Below, piece by piece: positions 9,142 through 19,288 of a stretch of DNA of 64,000 nt. The stretch covers positions 960,001 to 1,024,000 of the forward strand of contig CBDCWI010000001.1 in assembly GCA_965223325.1 (NCBI GenBank). Direction: 5' to 3'. The number at the start of each line of letters is the position of its first letter. Positions within the stretch are counted from its first letter, which is position 1. The notes beneath the pieces are model-generated. The model was not told the DNA's origin. It saw only the letters and a program-made list of their open reading frames with translations, and did not search any database. The DNA comes from Candidatus Multivoradales bacterium (GTDB lineage Bacteria > Acidobacteriota > Thermoanaerobaculia > Multivoradales > Multivoraceae). Made by a program: the position numbers and the translations under genes.

Positions 9142-9954
9142 TCACGGGGGCCGGCGCCGCGCCCATTCGACCGTCGGTGTGACCCACGCGTCGAGCGGTG
9201 CGTAGATCAGGCCATGGCCGTTGCCAACGTCGAGGACGATCTCGTGCCCTTCGGTGAGTCCGTAGGCTTGCGACAGGGTGAACGCCCGGGCGCACGACCC
9301 GGCGCTTACGGTGTCTTCGAAGTCACGCATCGCCAACACGCGACCGTGCAGGGTGACCTCGCTTTCGAGCATGAAGTCGACAGTGTTGGGGTGACAGCCG
9401 GCGAGCAGGACATAGCGCACTTCGGGATCGCTCACGCGATGGGAAACCCATGACGCGATGAAGGCACCCTTCGAGGCGCCCACGACAGTGAGATTGGCGC
9501 CCGGAACGCCTGCAGCGAGCAGTTCTTCGACCTGCGCAGCAAAGCGCTCGCCGTATTCGATCGCATCGGCGTCGGTCGAGCGCTGCTCGGCGATCACCCG
9601 AAAGCCCCTGGCCGCCAGCGCCTCGAGAATGGCGGCGTACTGGTACTCACCGTAGAGCTCGCTGACGGCTGGCAAGCCCTGGTCTTCGATGATCCTGCCG
9701 TGGATGTAGAAAAGGTAGTGCTCGCGCGGATCAATCTCCGACGGAAAGGCAAAGCGCGTCGTGAGCTCCTCCGCAGTGAGCAGCTCGCCGGCGGCGCGCG
9801 ACGCAGCCACTTCGGCGACGGGTCCAGCCGGTTCGATCAGCACACGTGACGCGTAGATCAGCGCACCGACGATCGCCAGCGCGAACCCGACCGGAAGGAA
9901 GGCGAGCAGGAGTCGACCCAGTGCCGGGGGCCCAGGTGCCGGATTGTGAGCCAT
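9142..9954 (-). CDS. Membrane-anchored alpha/beta hydrolase
   Basis: N-terminal TM helix, 'FYIHG', nucleophile elbow GASKG, C-terminal GHG; start ATG 9954 preferred (ORF track extends to 9999). Confidence 0.75.
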   Translation of the reverse strand: MAHNPAPGPPALGRLLLAFLPVGFALAIVGALIYASRVLIEPAGPVAEVAASRAAGELLTAEELTTRFAFPSEIDPREHYLFYIHGRIIEDQGLPAVSELYGEYQYAAILEALAARGFRVIAEQRSTDADAIEYGERFAAQVEELLAAGVPGANLTVVGASKGAFIASWVSHRVSDPEVRYVLLAGCHPNTVDFMLESEVTLHGRVLAMRDFEDTVSAGSCARAFTLSQAYGLTEGHEIVLDVGNGHGLIYAPLDAWVTPTVEWARRRPP

Positions 9955-10000
9955 GCGCCGAACCCTATCCCGATCGGCATCCCGCACAGAACCGCCCACA

Positions 10001-10019
10001 CAGTCGGGGGGACTTTCCC
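10001..10019 (+). repeat. REP-like 19-bp repeat, left of transposase
   Basis: CAGTCGGGGGGACTTTCCC; exact inverted copy at 11264-11282 and 1-mismatch copy at 11321-11339. Confidence 0.85.
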
Positions 10020-10215
10020 AAGCCGTGGCGGCGGTGCGCGTGCTGCCGCGCCCCTCGGCACCTCCTGGGCCCGCATCCCACCCCTTTTCCGCCCTCCGAA
10101 CCCCTCCGCCAGCGGCCCGCCACCGCCTTTCACGCCCGCCAAACGCAGCTCCGCCAGGCCCGCGCCACCGCGGGCCGACTGGGCGCCCTGTCGCCGGCTC
10201 AGCTAGCGCGCTGAA

Positions 10216-11175
10216 TCAAGGGCCGGCCCTCAGTGCCTGGACCGTCTCGAAGGGTCGCGGGCTCGGAAACGTCCCCTCAGGGAACTTCACGCCGAGTTCT
10301 CCCTCACGCTGACGGTCCCGCGCCAGCCGGTGCGCCCTCCACACCCAGTCAAAAGCAGCCAGCAACCGCTGCTGCTCGTCCTCATTGCTGGCAATGACCA
10401 GCGGACAGGGCCCCAGTGCCATTGCCTTGGGAGTCCTGAAGGGGCTCAATCGAAGGAGCTTCCACTGGCCCTTCGGCTTCGTACCTTCCCGTTGGTGACG
10501 CGCTCGCGTTTCCCGTTCGATGTCGCGAATCATCTCGCGCACCCACTCGCAGTAGTCCTCGTCACTCAGGTGGTCAAAGCCCGGGAGCTTCGAAATCACC
10601 ACCGTTTCCTTCTTCGTGAAGCCCTTCTTCGTCAGGTGACGCCCCGCCTTCGTACGCTTGGCCCGGCAATAGGCCGTGTGGTCGACCCACTCGCCCTCGA
10701 GCTCGAACTTCCCTTCCCACAAGGCCCGCGCGACGGTGACCCCAGGCCACTTGAGAGGTGAAGACACCAGGCCCGCCGCACAGCCCTGCGCCAGGACGTA
10801 GCGGAAACGCTTCGACGTATCGGCAGGGTCGCGCCCGATAAAGGACGGTTTGTAGGGCGTTTCCCACTTCGGGCCCTTCCAGCCATGGCGAATGCGGATC
10901 TCGACACTCGTCTGCTGCTGGACGCGGTACATGAAGTCCGCCAGCTGCTGGGCGTCTCGTGCACCGACCAGGAAATGGTGGTGGTTGACCTGATAGTCGA
11001 CGGCGTAGATGGGGATCTCGGTCTTGCGCTGTGCGCGGCCGATGATGCCGTTCATGTGTGATCGCTGCTCAGAGTCGGGCTTGAGCAGGAAGGTTCCGTT
11101 GGTCATGCGGGCGGTCAGCATGACTGGTTCCGGCCCGCTGTCGGTCGTTGGTACGTATCTCGGTTTTGCTCCCAT
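10216..11175 (-). mobile_element. HUH/Y1 tyrosine transposase (RAYT / IS200-like)
   Basis: 'TARMTNGTFLLKPD', HUH motif 'NHHHFLV', 'W...Y', catalytic-Tyr region 'RYVLAQG..AGLV..P.KWPG', C-terminal 'FPEGTF'; flanked by inverted 19-bp repeats. Confidence 0.85.
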
Positions 11176-11263
11176 ATGACATGGGACGCAGAACGCCTGC
11201 GCAGCCTTGCAGCGAGGCCAAACCGGGCCGAATTACGAGGTTTCGCGAACCGTGACTGGGGTC

Positions 11264-11339
11264 GGGAAAGTCCCCCCGACTGGCTGCGGGGGCGGGCGGG
11301 CGCGGCCCCCGCGTTGGGGTGGGAAAGTCCCCCCGATTG
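11264..11339 (-). repeat. Two REP-like 19-bp repeats separated by a GC hairpin, right of transposase
   Basis: GGGAAAGTCCCCCCGACTG (11264-11282) and GGGAAAGTCCCCCCGATTG (11321-11339); GCGGGGGC...GCCCCCGC 8-bp stem at 11286-11312. Confidence 0.85.
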
Positions 11340-11346
11340 GGGGGAT

Positions 11347-12081
11347 TCAGCGTTGGGCAGCGGCTTCGAAGGTCGCCAACATCGCGGCTTCGGTCGGCGG
11401 CTCGGAGACGGCGAAGGACATGGGGTACCTCGTTTCGGCGATCTGCTGTTCCGCCCCGGCGTAGTCGTAGGGAGTGTGCCGTAGTTCGACTCCGGCGGCG
11501 CTGAGTAGGGCCCAGTAGGCGCCCGGCTCGCCGAATGGCATGCCGACGCTACCGGCGTTGACGACCCGTGTTCTTCCGACCTGGCGATCGAACTGCATGT
11601 GGGTGTGACCGCAAACCACCACTGACGCTTCCGCCGCATCGAAGATCGGCTGGAGGCGCGCCGCGTCGGTCAGGCGGGTGAAGATCTCGTTGTCATCACG
11701 TGGCGTGGCATGGCAGAAGAGCACCTCGCCAAGCTCAGGTACCGAGTCGCGAACTGTCGCCGGCCAGCGCGCGATGTGAGCCAGCTGCTCGGCCGTCAAC
11801 TGCTCATGCACCCACTCCATGATCGGGTGAAACTGCTTCGGCACACGTACCAGCTCCTCGCCACGCTCGACCACCAGGGTTTCGGTCTCGCCGTTGCCGA
11901 ACAGGTACGCGACCGGTAGGTCGAGGCTGTTCAATCTGTCGAGACAGTCGCCGGGCATTGGGCCCGGCAGCACGTCGCCGCCGACGACGATCTTCTCGAC
12001 GCCCTCGCTTTCGAGGGCCTCGAGGACGGCGTCGAGTGCCGGCAAGTTGCCATGAATGTCGTTGAGCGCCGCGATGCGCAT
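11347..12081 (-). CDS. Calcineurin-like metallophosphoesterase (YfcE/MJ0936 family)
   Basis: DIHGN, GGD, GNGE, H, GHTH and NAGSVG metal-binding motifs. Confidence 0.9.
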   Translation of the reverse strand: MRIAALNDIHGNLPALDAVLEALESEGVEKIVVGGDVLPGPMPGDCLDRLNSLDLPVAYLFGNGETETLVVERGEELVRVPKQFHPIMEWVHEQLTAEQLAHIARWPATVRDSVPELGEVLFCHATPRDDNEIFTRLTDAARLQPIFDAAEASVVVCGHTHMQFDRQVGRTRVVNAGSVGMPFGEPGAYWALLSAAGVELRHTPYDYAGAEQQIAETRYPMSFAVSEPPTEAAMLATFEAAAQR

Positions 12082-12156
12082 GGTCGCACTGACCTCCAGC
12101 CAGGAGCCTGAAAGGTTATCTGCTTTCGGACACCTCGCGATGACCCGGCACGAAGC

Positions 12157-13512
12157 TCAACCCTGGGTGCGTGACCAGGCGTTGATCGTCCCACTTTCGA
12201 AACTGTCCTCGAAAATCGGCGCCGGTGTGGTGTCGACGGGCAGGTCGACTCCCTCGACAATGCCAAGCGGCTCGTAGTCGTGGTATCCGGGGAAGACCTC
12301 TCCCAACCGCGGGTTGCACAGTCTTCGAATAAGCACTTCGGAGAGCACTCTGCGATAGTCGGTAGTAACGGCCAGATCCGTCCCGACCCAGAGCTGCTCC
12401 GCCGCGATGCCCGGCCAGCTACCGTGTACGCCGCCGATCGCCGAGCCGCCGAGAACGAACATGCAGTTGCCGTAACCATGTTCAGTGCCGCCGGCCGAGT
12501 TCTCTCGCAGCTCGCGCCCGAACTCACTCATCACAACGACCGTCGTGCGGTCGAGCGGCGAGTCGCCACCGCCAGTATCGAGGTCGGTCAGAAGAGCGGC
12601 GAGACCGGTCGTCAGGTTCTCGAAGAGTGTCGCGAATGGACCGCTCACCCCGCCGAGTCCGTCGTGATGATCCCAGCCTCCGAGGTCGACGGTCGCCACC
12701 TGCAAACCGAGATCGAGCTTGACCATCTGCGCCAGAAGCTGCAGATGGTTCCCGAAGTCGCTTGACGGATACGAGGCACCGTTGGCCGGGGTGTAACCAT
12801 TGGCTGCGGTGCTTGCCACCAGGTCGAGGGCCGCGAGCGAGTTCCTACCGGCACGATGCAACTCTGTCTCCCCCGACGAGTAGATCTGCTCGAGCGCACT
12901 CTGCTGCGCCGCGAGCCACGCCTGCGGGCCGTCGTTGAGATTGAACGACTGGGGTTCGGCGAGGTTGAGAGTCGAAAGGTCGGAGATCAACGACCCGGGC
13001 TGGAGAGCACCAATGGCCAGCGAGCGCAGCTCCGGGTCGACCGGCAGATTCCCGGCGCTCGCCAGATGGCGCGCCAACCAGCCCGAACCGCGCCCAGCAC
13101 TTTCGGGAAGCGCTGCTTCCATGCGTGCCATCGCATCGAAGTGCGACTTGTTGTCGGTCTCCTGGCCGGCGGCGAGCACGACACCCATGCGACCGTCGAG
13201 GTAGTGCTCGTGAAGTGCCGCAGCCACCGGATGCAGGCCAAAGCGCTCATCGAGAGCGAGTGCCCCGTCGGTGCCGCCAGCCGGAATGGCGATTGACGGA
13301 CGCAGCGCCTCGTAGTGCCCGCGATCACTTCCCGCAAGCGGACAAACGGCGTGACAGCCGTCCATTCCACCCCGTAGGAAAATGACGACCAGGGTCTCGC
13401 GGTTGGTGGTACCCGGATCGGCGAAGGTCAGGCTTCGGAAATGGGAACCAGCAAGGGCGGCGATGGCAGCTGAGCAACCGGTCAAGAACTGGCGGCGATC
13501 GATTGAAGTCAT
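12157..13512 (-). CDS. DUF1501 family protein, Tat-exported, with C-terminal FEDSFESG tail
   Basis: Tat motif DRRQFL, 'VVIFLRGGMDG', 'SHFDAM', 'GGWDHH', 'SEFGR', 'GTEHGYG', 'TTDYR'. Confidence 0.9.
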   Translation of the reverse strand: MTSIDRRQFLTGCSAAIAALAGSHFRSLTFADPGTTNRETLVVIFLRGGMDGCHAVCPLAGSDRGHYEALRPSIAIPAGGTDGALALDERFGLHPVAAALHEHYLDGRMGVVLAAGQETDNKSHFDAMARMEAALPESAGRGSGWLARHLASAGNLPVDPELRSLAIGALQPGSLISDLSTLNLAEPQSFNLNDGPQAWLAAQQSALEQIYSSGETELHRAGRNSLAALDLVASTAANGYTPANGASYPSSDFGNHLQLLAQMVKLDLGLQVATVDLGGWDHHDGLGGVSGPFATLFENLTTGLAALLTDLDTGGGDSPLDRTTVVVMSEFGRELRENSAGGTEHGYGNCMFVLGGSAIGGVHGSWPGIAAEQLWVGTDLAVTTDYRRVLSEVLIRRLCNPRLGEVFPGYHDYEPLGIVEGVDLPVDTTPAPIFEDSFESGTINAWSRTQG

Positions 13513-13523
13513 GCTTACAGGCC

Positions 13524-15098
13524 CTACTTGCAGAGAAAAGTGGGAGTCATGAGAAGAAGTCCAATCGCAGCGCGCAGACGGGCGGAATCGGCTGAGCTCT
13601 CGCTCGAAAGATCCAACGGCGCACTGGCTGGGGCGCCGTTGGCCAGGAACTCGACGATCGGAGTGCGCTCGTTATCAGGCAGCGCCCGCCCAAAGATGCG
13701 ATCAATCCAGAAGTCGATCGCCTCAGACGCCGAGGACGAATCAGGCGTTTGCCCCCAGAGATCCGTCATGTAGCGCGGCGCGCCCTCCGCGGCCCGCACA
13801 TTGACCAGCCAGTTCAGAAGCCGCCAGCCAAACACCTGCGGCGAGGTCGTCGTCCAGGCTTCCTTGCGATCAGGGTAACCATCCGGCGGGTGCCACTCGA
13901 ACGGAAAGTTGCCCGCCAACTCGACGCGCTCATAGAGGTCACCCTTGAACCACCAGTTGGCATCGAACGGAACGTCAGCCTGGGTGGCGCGCAACGCACT
14001 TACGGCAAGCTGGAAGGGTCGCTTCACCTTTTCGCCCCAGGTCGACCGGAAGGCCTGCGACAGAATGATCGTGCGCAGCGTGAGCGCGATCTGATCCGGC
14101 GAGTCGACGTGCGCTCTCCAGGTCGCCGCTGCTTGATTCACGACCTCGTCCGGCGGGTCGTCGGCGATCAAACGACGGCAGAGTTTGGTGGCAATGAAAC
14201 GCGCTGTCGCCGGATGCTCCGCCAACATGTCGAGCAGGATCTGACCGTCGCTCTCGTCACGCGCAGTGAGTAGCCGCCCCATGAACAACTTGTCGTTGTC
14301 GGTGTCGTGAAGTTCATGACGGTAGAGGAAATGGCCGGTGTTGCCGATCTCTTCGTTTCCCGGTGAGTCGGAGATGATCCACCCCGACAGGCAGCGCGCG
14401 GCGACCGTCACGTCGTCATCGGTGTAGCCCACGGCGATGCCGTCGTTTCCTTTCGGCACCTGGTCGGCTGGGGTCGAGACGAAGAACGCCTCGGCGCCGA
14501 GGGCGTGCAGCTCGAGCAGCTCGCGCGAGAAGTTCTCATTCAGCCCGTCGTTCTCGCGCCAGGTCTGATAGCGGTTTCGGTTCTGGTCGAGGTACCACAT
14601 CATCGCCGGGCTCTTGGTCACCGCCTCGAGCATGACGCGGAAGTTACCGAACACCTCCGGCCTCAGAACATCGCGGTCGTAGTGCAGAAAGAGCGGCCGC
14701 GCCTCGTCGGAGTAGACCGAGAAATGGTTGTGCCAGAACTCGACCATCACTTCCTGCAACTGGCGTTGGGAGTAGATCGCCCGCAGAAACGTCAGGTCAC
14801 GGGTCTCGAAGAGCGGCTGGAAAAGAACCGTCCAATGACCGGGGTTGACGTGGTGCTCCTCCCAGAGCTGGTCGAAGGGTTTGTTGATGGTCTCGAACCC
14901 GGCTTCGGCGACCTTCTGATCGACTGCCGGGTCGGCCATGCTTTCGGGCGCCAGCTGCTGGTCGAGCCACGCCGACAGGCGCGCGCCGTCGTCGGACGCG
15001 AGGGCTCGAAACGCAGCGAGGTCGCCAGGGCCGGGCCCGAAAGCGAGTCGGTTGTAGACAAGGACGGCGAGCTCTGGGGTGACCGCGGACTCTCCCAT
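13524..15098 (-). CDS. DUF1800 family protein
   Basis: 'RLAFGP', 'EFWHNHF', 'PAMMWYLD', 'NENFSRELLELH', 'HPATARFIATKL'; classic partner upstream of DUF1501; ATG 15098 has a GAGGAG SD. Confidence 0.9.
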   Translation of the reverse strand: MGESAVTPELAVLVYNRLAFGPGPGDLAAFRALASDDGARLSAWLDQQLAPESMADPAVDQKVAEAGFETINKPFDQLWEEHHVNPGHWTVLFQPLFETRDLTFLRAIYSQRQLQEVMVEFWHNHFSVYSDEARPLFLHYDRDVLRPEVFGNFRVMLEAVTKSPAMMWYLDQNRNRYQTWRENDGLNENFSRELLELHALGAEAFFVSTPADQVPKGNDGIAVGYTDDDVTVAARCLSGWIISDSPGNEEIGNTGHFLYRHELHDTDNDKLFMGRLLTARDESDGQILLDMLAEHPATARFIATKLCRRLIADDPPDEVVNQAAATWRAHVDSPDQIALTLRTIILSQAFRSTWGEKVKRPFQLAVSALRATQADVPFDANWWFKGDLYERVELAGNFPFEWHPPDGYPDRKEAWTTTSPQVFGWRLLNWLVNVRAAEGAPRYMTDLWGQTPDSSSASEAIDFWIDRIFGRALPDNERTPIVEFLANGAPASAPLDLSSESSADSARLRAAIGLLLMTPTFLCK

Positions 15099-15352
15099 GA
15101 AAGAGGCTCCTCGAGAAACAAATAGAAAAATAGGACTCGGCAAATATAACCCAAGACGAGGCCCCTCTGCTGAGGGCCCACTTTGCGAAGCACGATGCGC
15201 ACAACCGATGCGTTGCTATTCTCGGCCTCCATCCCGGGCCGCGGGTCCCTCCGGGCGAGAAGAATCCCCGTTTCGCATCCCTCCGGCGTCTCGCCCCTCC
15301 TGACGCCACCCACCCGCAACCACAAGATATTTCATGAATTCCTCCGATTGCC

Positions 15353-16630
15353 GTGGCCGATAGAACGTCTCGTTCGCCGCAACCAAATCACCAGGCCCTC
15401 CTGCACTCCGCTTGGTTCTGGGCGCTTTTGACCCTGGTCCTCGGCGCCGCGCTGGTGATCGCCAGCGGCGCGCTGGCCGGCGACGCTTCGCCGGACTACC
15501 AGTCGTTCTATGAACCCGCAGCGCGCGCCATCCTCGCCGGCGACGCCTACCGGGTCGACGGGGCGCCCGCGGTGCGCTACCCACCTGGCTTTCCGGTCCT
15601 ACTCGCCCTCGAGTTCGGTCTCGCCGAGGCGGTCGGCGTCAGCGAGCGCACGGTCGTGCTCCTGGTCCAGGTGCTCTGCTGGGCGCTGTCTGTCTTTCTG
15701 GTCGTACGGCTCGCGGGCTCATTCGGTGCTGGGCGCCTCGCGGGCCTGGCCGTGGTCACCTGGTTCCCGACCTGGTTGCTGCTGCGTATGCCTGGGAGTG
15801 AAGTGCCCTTTCTGCTCATGTTCTGGGTCACCATCTCAATCGTGTGGAAGGGAACCCAGAAGGGAAGAACAACCAAACGTGCCTTCGCCCTGGCTCTTCT
15901 AGCGGGCGCTGCCGGTGGGCTGGCAGCTCTCGTTCGCCCCATTGCCTTTCTGTGGTGCCTGCCACTGGCAATCGTCGTTTGGCGTTGGCCGCTTCCCAGA
16001 CTGCGGCTACGTGCCGGCGCGGTCGCGCTCCTGGTCGCCGGCACCCTCCTGGCGATCGCACCGTGGCAATTCTGGATGGCAAAGGAGGCCGATGTGCACG
16101 GCCCCCTCAGTAGCGGCGGGCGACTCTCGGTGCTCGACGGCTTGACGATCGGGGTCAAACCGTGGCTCACCGGCGATGAGATGCCAATCCCGAGCGACGT
16201 GCGCGCCCTGATGCAGCGGGTCGACGACGCCCGCGGCGAGTTCAGCGGTACCGGCGATGTGGTGCGCTTCATGCTCGCCGAGGCCGCCCGCCACCCTCTG
16301 CCGGTGGTCAAGATCACGCTACTGAAGGCTGCTCGTTCCTGGTTCGCGGTCGACTCACAACGCCGCGAGCCGCTGCTGCTTCTCTACCAGCTCCCCTACG
16401 TCGTCATCTTCGGGATCGCCCTCGCCCTGGGGCTGCGCTCGGAGAACCGACGCATTCGTGACCTCGCAGTTCTCGCTTCAGGGTCGACCCTCTACTTCTG
16501 GATCATGACCACCGGGGTGCTCTCGATCCTTCGTTACATGGTGCCACCCATCGGTCTCTTGCTCTTGTTGTCGGCGGTCGTTTGGAACGATCGCCTGGAG
16601 CGACGGCACGAAGGAGCAGCTGGTCTCTAG
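15353..16630 (+). CDS. Multi-pass membrane glycosyltransferase-like protein (GT-C/PMT-like)
   Basis: About 10 TM helices, 'DY..FY', 'RYPPGFP', 'SEVPF', 'LVRP', 'RYMVP'. Confidence 0.65.
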   Translation: MADRTSRSPQPNHQALLHSAWFWALLTLVLGAALVIASGALAGDASPDYQSFYEPAARAILAGDAYRVDGAPAVRYPPGFPVLLALEFGLAEAVGVSERTVVLLVQVLCWALSVFLVVRLAGSFGAGRLAGLAVVTWFPTWLLLRMPGSEVPFLLMFWVTISIVWKGTQKGRTTKRAFALALLAGAAGGLAALVRPIAFLWCLPLAIVVWRWPLPRLRLRAGAVALLVAGTLLAIAPWQFWMAKEADVHGPLSSGGRLSVLDGLTIGVKPWLTGDEMPIPSDVRALMQRVDDARGEFSGTGDVVRFMLAEAARHPLPVVKITLLKAARSWFAVDSQRREPLLLLYQLPYVVIFGIALALGLRSENRRIRDLAVLASGSTLYFWIMTTGVLSILRYMVPPIGLLLLLSAVVWNDRLERRHEGAAGL

Positions 16631-17889
16631 ACTTCTGCCAGCGGAAGCACTTTGACCGGCAGGTGGGAGTAACCGCGTACGAAGTTCGACAACACCCGCA
16701 CCGGCTCCCCCACCACCTCGACCTGATGGAAGCGCTTGCTGATCTCTTCCCACAGCACCCGTAGCTGCATCTCGGCAAGGCGGTTGCCCATGCAACGATG
16801 AATGCCAAAGCCAAAGGAAAGATGCGAGCGGGCGTTCTTGCGATCGATGATCAGTGAGTCGGCGTCCTCGAAGACGGCGCTGTCGCGGTTGCCTGACAGG
16901 TACCACATGACGACTTTGTCGCCCTCGCGGATCGTCTTGCCATGAAAGTCGACATCTTCGAGCGCCGTGCGCCGCATGTGGGCGAGCGGAGTTTGCCAGC
17001 GAATGATCTCGGCCACCATGTTGCGAATCAGATCGGGTCTCTGGCGCAGCTTCTCGTACTCGGCGGGGAAACGGTTGAGCGCCAATACACCACCCGAAAT
17101 CGAGTTGCGCGTCGTGTCGTTTCCGCCGACGATCAGGAGCATGATGTTCCCGAGCAGCTCCATCGGTGGCATGTTCCGCGTCTTCGGGTTCTGCGCCAGC
17201 ATGGTGACCATGTCGAAGCCCTCGTGCGCGGGATCGGCACGCGCTTCAAACAGCTCGGAAAAACACGCCAGACACTCGAGCATCTCCTGGCGTGCTTCCT
17301 CCCAGGTCGCCACCAGACCCGACTTGGGGCCGAGGGTGTTGATGTCAGACCAGCGAGTCAGCTTGCGTCGCTCCTCGAACGGGAAGTCAAACAAGGTCGC
17401 CAGCATCTGGGTGGTCAGCTCGATAGAGACTCTCTCCACCCAGTTGAACTCTTCCTGGAGTGGCAGGCTCTCGAGAATGCCCACCACACGTTCCCTGATC
17501 AGGCCCTCCATCTCGGCCAGATTGCGCGGACCGACGACTGGCTGGACGACCCGGCGCTGCTCATCGTGTTTGGGTGGGTCCATGGCGATGAAGGTTGGCA
17601 TCTGAAACTCGTCCGGCGCGTCGAGAATCGTGATGTTGTCTTGCGACGAGAAGCGATTGTGGTCGGTGTCGACCTCTTTGATGTGGTCGTAGCGCGTGAT
17701 CGACCAGAATGGGCCGTACCGACTCTCGGCCTGGTAGTGCACCGGGTCGTCGCGCCGAAGGCGCTCGAAGAAGGGTCCCTCGGCATTCTCTTTGAAGAGA
17801 TGCCAGTTGGTGACATCGAGCTCGTCGATGTCGGCCTCGAGTGCAAAGGCGCGCGCCTTTTCTTCGCTGATGGTTTGGTAGTCGAGCAC
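16627..17889 (-). CDS. Cytochrome P450, CYP153-like (alkane/fatty-acid omega-hydroxylase family)
   Basis: 'FIAMDPPKHDEQR', I-helix 'LLIVGGNDTTRNS', 'EIIRWQTPLAHMRR', heme motif 'HLSFGFGIHRCMGNRLAE'. Confidence 0.93.
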   Translation of the reverse strand: MLDYQTISEEKARAFALEADIDELDVTNWHLFKENAEGPFFERLRRDDPVHYQAESRYGPFWSITRYDHIKEVDTDHNRFSSQDNITILDAPDEFQMPTFIAMDPPKHDEQRRVVQPVVGPRNLAEMEGLIRERVVGILESLPLQEEFNWVERVSIELTTQMLATLFDFPFEERRKLTRWSDINTLGPKSGLVATWEEARQEMLECLACFSELFEARADPAHEGFDMVTMLAQNPKTRNMPPMELLGNIMLLIVGGNDTTRNSISGGVLALNRFPAEYEKLRQRPDLIRNMVAEIIRWQTPLAHMRRTALEDVDFHGKTIREGDKVVMWYLSGNRDSAVFEDADSLIIDRKNARSHLSFGFGIHRCMGNRLAEMQLRVLWEEISKRFHQVEVVGEPVRVLSNFVRGYSHLPVKVLPLAEV

Positions 17890-18129
17890 CGGCTGAGTCT
17901 CCTGAAGGGGTGTTCGGTGGGAACCGACCCGATTGTACCCATCGGCTGATGAATCGGGCGCGCTCGCGGCGTCGCGGCCTCGCGATTGCTATTGTCGCCG
18001 GTGCGCCACGATCCCAAAGAAGTACACGAGGCAGCTGACACCCGGACCAGCCACTGGCCCCCACTGCGCTACGCCTCAGAAGCCGCAGAACCACAACAGT
18101 CAAACCCACCGGGGAGAAAGATCAACGCC

Positions 18130-18639
18130 ATGATGAAGCCATCGATTGCAGGTCTCGGGATTATCCTCACACTCGTCGCCTGCCCGCTCGTTTCGGCTGA
18201 AGAGCCCCGCTTCGACGACGCCTCGGCCTTTGAACGGCTGCAAGACCTCGACGGTGAGTGGACGGGCACCTATGGCGACCAGGACCTGACCGTTCGCTTC
18301 GACACCACCGCCGGCGGCACCACCGTCGTGCTGACGGAGTACCCAGGCACCGACGGCGAAGAAGTCATGCTGTTCTGGATGGATGGAGCTTCGTTGGTTG
18401 CCAAACACTTCTGCTCGCTCGGCAACCAACCCACCTACCGCTTCGAGCCCAACAAGAAAGCCGGCGTGATGACCTTCGCCTTCGACGGTGGAACCAATCT
18501 CGACCCCGAAAAAGACACCCACGCGCACTCCACTGTGTTCCGCTTTAGCGGCCGCGACCAGCTCGAGGCGATCTACAGCTTCTGGGAAGGCGGTAAAGAA
18601 ACCAGCGTCGGCAAGGCGACGCTTGGCCGCACACCCTGA
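18130..18639 (+). CDS. Secreted conserved hypothetical protein
   Basis: Signal peptide from ATG 18130/18133; 'AFERLQDLDGEW...HFCSLGNQP...HAH' pattern. Confidence 0.7.
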   Translation: MMKPSIAGLGIILTLVACPLVSAEEPRFDDASAFERLQDLDGEWTGTYGDQDLTVRFDTTAGGTTVVLTEYPGTDGEEVMLFWMDGASLVAKHFCSLGNQPTYRFEPNKKAGVMTFAFDGGTNLDPEKDTHAHSTVFRFSGRDQLEAIYSFWEGGKETSVGKATLGRTP

Positions 18640-18652
18640 ACGAAGCCGGGTG

Positions 18653-19279
18653 TCAGCCCGGCACCTGGCAGATGCGCTTCATGCGCACCTCGCCCACCCG
18701 CGGATAGCTCCACACCAGCTCTTCGCCCTTCCGTTCGCGAGTCACCAGCACCTTGGGCAGACCGAAAGGTCGAAAGCTCAGTACCGGCCCCCGCCACTCG
18801 ATCGCCACCCAGGTGTTCATACAGCGTGGCGGCTCGACATCACGCGAGCCATTGCGGAGCGTTCCGTCGGTGATGAAGTCATGAATGATGCCGCTCGAGG
18901 TCACGACCGTGCGGTTGCCGCACTGCTCGATGCGCTCCAGGTGGCCGGGCGCGGGCTCGCCGGTCGACTGCCACAGACCGCGCAGGTCATGGACGCCTTC
19001 GGCCAGCGGCTCGGTGCAGTCAGCGAGGACCGGCATCGGCCAGCTTTCCCACCCACAGCCTGGTGTGTAGGCCTTGGGAATGTCGGCCGAGGAAAGCCCG
19101 CTGCCGTCGAGCTCGGGGAGCCGACAGTAGTCGAGCGCCGCACCATCACCGGCAAAGACCGAGGCCGCGGTGGTGTCTTCGGGCCGCGGGTAGTAAAACA
19201 GCACCCCGTAGGCAACGAGGATCACCACGGCCAGGGCTGCGATCAGGCGCCACGCCCACTTGATCCCTCGGCGCATCAC
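18653..19279 (-). CDS. Conserved hypothetical membrane-anchored Cys-containing protein
   Basis: N-terminal TM helix; 'CTEPL...DLRGLW..HLERIEQCGNRTVVTSSGIIHDF'; immediately downstream of the dehalogenase. Confidence 0.75.
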   Translation of the reverse strand: MMRRGIKWAWRLIAALAVVILVAYGVLFYYPRPEDTTAASVFAGDGAALDYCRLPELDGSGLSSADIPKAYTPGCGWESWPMPVLADCTEPLAEGVHDLRGLWQSTGEPAPGHLERIEQCGNRTVVTSSGIIHDFITDGTLRNGSRDVEPPRCMNTWVAIEWRGPVLSFRPFGLPKVLVTRERKGEELVWSYPRVGEVRMKRICQVPG

Positions 19280-19288
19280 GCCGCCATC

